DNA of 64,000 nucleotides, from assembly GCA_013265495.1 (NCBI GenBank), contig MU061578.1:5095308-5159307 (forward strand). The letters are read 5' to 3'. This DNA is from Vicugna vicugna (lineage: Eukaryota). The translations under genes were made by a program, and so were the position numbers. Below the pieces are notes generated by a model. The model did not search any database. It had not been told where the DNA came from and saw only the letters and a list, made by a program, of their open reading frames with translations. Shown piece by piece: positions 62,700 through 64,000 of the stretch. Each line of letters begins with the position of its first letter. The stretch's first letter is position 1.

Positions 62700-63436
62700 G
62701 TGCAAATACATGTATTGGTCTCTGCCCCCCAACCTCCACCTTACTATTCTTAAAGTCCTTGGAATTCTTGGGTCATAGGAGCATCTTTTGTTCTGATGAG
62801 ATGATTCTGGGTTGGCCTCTTTGGCTTCTGGGTGGGGATTGGTCACCAGAAGGACTAAGTGGTGTTTAGAAGCCTGGAACTTCCTGCCGCATCTCCCATC
62901 TTCTGGTGGGGGCAGGGGTTAGAGAGTGAGTTATTAATGGATCATGCCCATGTACTGAGCCACCATAAAAATCCTTAAGGTACAGGGTTCGGGAGGCTTC
63001 TAGGTTGGTGAACACATCCACGTGTGAGGCAGGTGGCACACCCCAGCTCCACGGGGACAGAAGCTCCCGCAGTCAGGACCCTGCTGGGCTTTACCCTCTG
63101 TGCCTCCTCACCTGGCTGTCCATCTGTGTCCTTTATTATACTCTAAACTGGTTAGTGTTTCCCTGAGTTCTGTGAGTTGTTAGAGCAAATTATGGGACAG
63201 GAATAGGTGAGGTCCTGGAAACTCCTGATTTGCAGCCACATTGGACAGAAGTGCGAGGGACCTAAGGACCCACCACTGTGCTTGACATCTGAAATGGGGG
63301 GAGTCTTGGGGCATTGAGCCTTTAATCTGTGGGGTCTGCGCAAAGTCCAATTAGGATCGGTACTGAGTTAAGTTGTAGGACACCCAGCTGGTGTCCACAG
63401 AGAACCAGAGTGGAAAAACTGACACATCTGGTGTCA
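62700..63436 (+). mobile_element. MER21-like ERVL LTR
   Basis: ggttggtgaacacatcc…cccagctccacggggacagaagctcc…gtgtttccctgagttctgtgag…agcaaatta matches the recalled MER21 consensus. Confidence 0.7.
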
Positions 63437-64000
63437 AAAGTATTCCATGTGTACAAAAGAAATAGTCTTTCCTTTTCGGCTGGCTATGGGCGGGGAGGAG
63501 AAGGATGCATGGAATATGACTCTCAGGCATACGGCCTGAACACCTGGGTAAATGGTGGTGTCATTTTCTGAGACCGGAGGCCCGGGAGGGTGTCTGGATT
63601 TGAGAGGATCTCAGGATTCCCTAGTTGGAGATGCCTGCCAGGAGTCCCAGTCCCAGCACCCAGCCTGTGTCTTGAAGGCACAGCTGTGGAGGGGAGGGGA
63701 GGGGCTCTCTCCTCCCAAGGCCCTGGCCCAGAGGGACGTCGCAGTCCCAGCTGCGGACTGACTCCCCCAGAGCTGCCGGTCCTTCTCCTGGAGAAACGAT
63801 CCACACTCTGACTTCCCCAGAAGCCATTCATTAGCAGTAATTAGCACAGTCACTTATTTCCCTGGAGGGTAGATGGGGGAGGAGGAACGTGCTTGGAGGA
63901 GGCTCTCCACCCTGTGGGGGAAGCCAGAGCCGGTTCTCCATTGCCTCCGCTGCGGCCAGCATGACGTGGCTGCCCAGGTCGTGGCTCTGTAGGTAGGTAG

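Noticed and set aside
59760..64000. Possible exons of a ZG16B/jacalin-like or further PRSS gene expected from synteny
   Set aside because: No protease or jacalin motifs found; the region is explained largely by MIR/L2/LTR/SINE fragments.

Overview
Mammalian genomic DNA, probably camelid judging by four tRNA-derived Vic-1-like SINEs. It is syntenic with the PDPK1-KCTD5-PRSS27 locus. The window opens with an AT-rich 3' UTR end (probably PDPK1; AATAAA at 1167). The CpG-island promoter and the complete 6-exon KCTD5 gene follow almost immediately (+, CDS 1554-26846, 234 aa). The convergent 6-exon PRSS27/marapsin gene lies on the - strand (CDS 40301-33320, 324 aa) and keeps a hydrophobic C-terminal tail. 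Beyond an apparently orphan CpG island with a CTCF motif at ~41.1-41.9 kb, the DNA becomes AT-rich and repeat-dense. An old L1 there is interrupted by a CRIPT processed pseudogene and by a younger TSD-flanked L1 carrying an internal micro-inversion; LTRs, an Arthur1-like transposon and SINEs follow. The most notable observations are a candidate 59-nt alternative KCTD5 exon in intron 5 that would swap the basic ILQERGSRM tail for an acidic SDDEDTGHDGDDSD tail, and a near-perfect REST/RE1 silencer in PRSS27 intron 3. Repeat family names come from recall of consensus sequences, not from a search.
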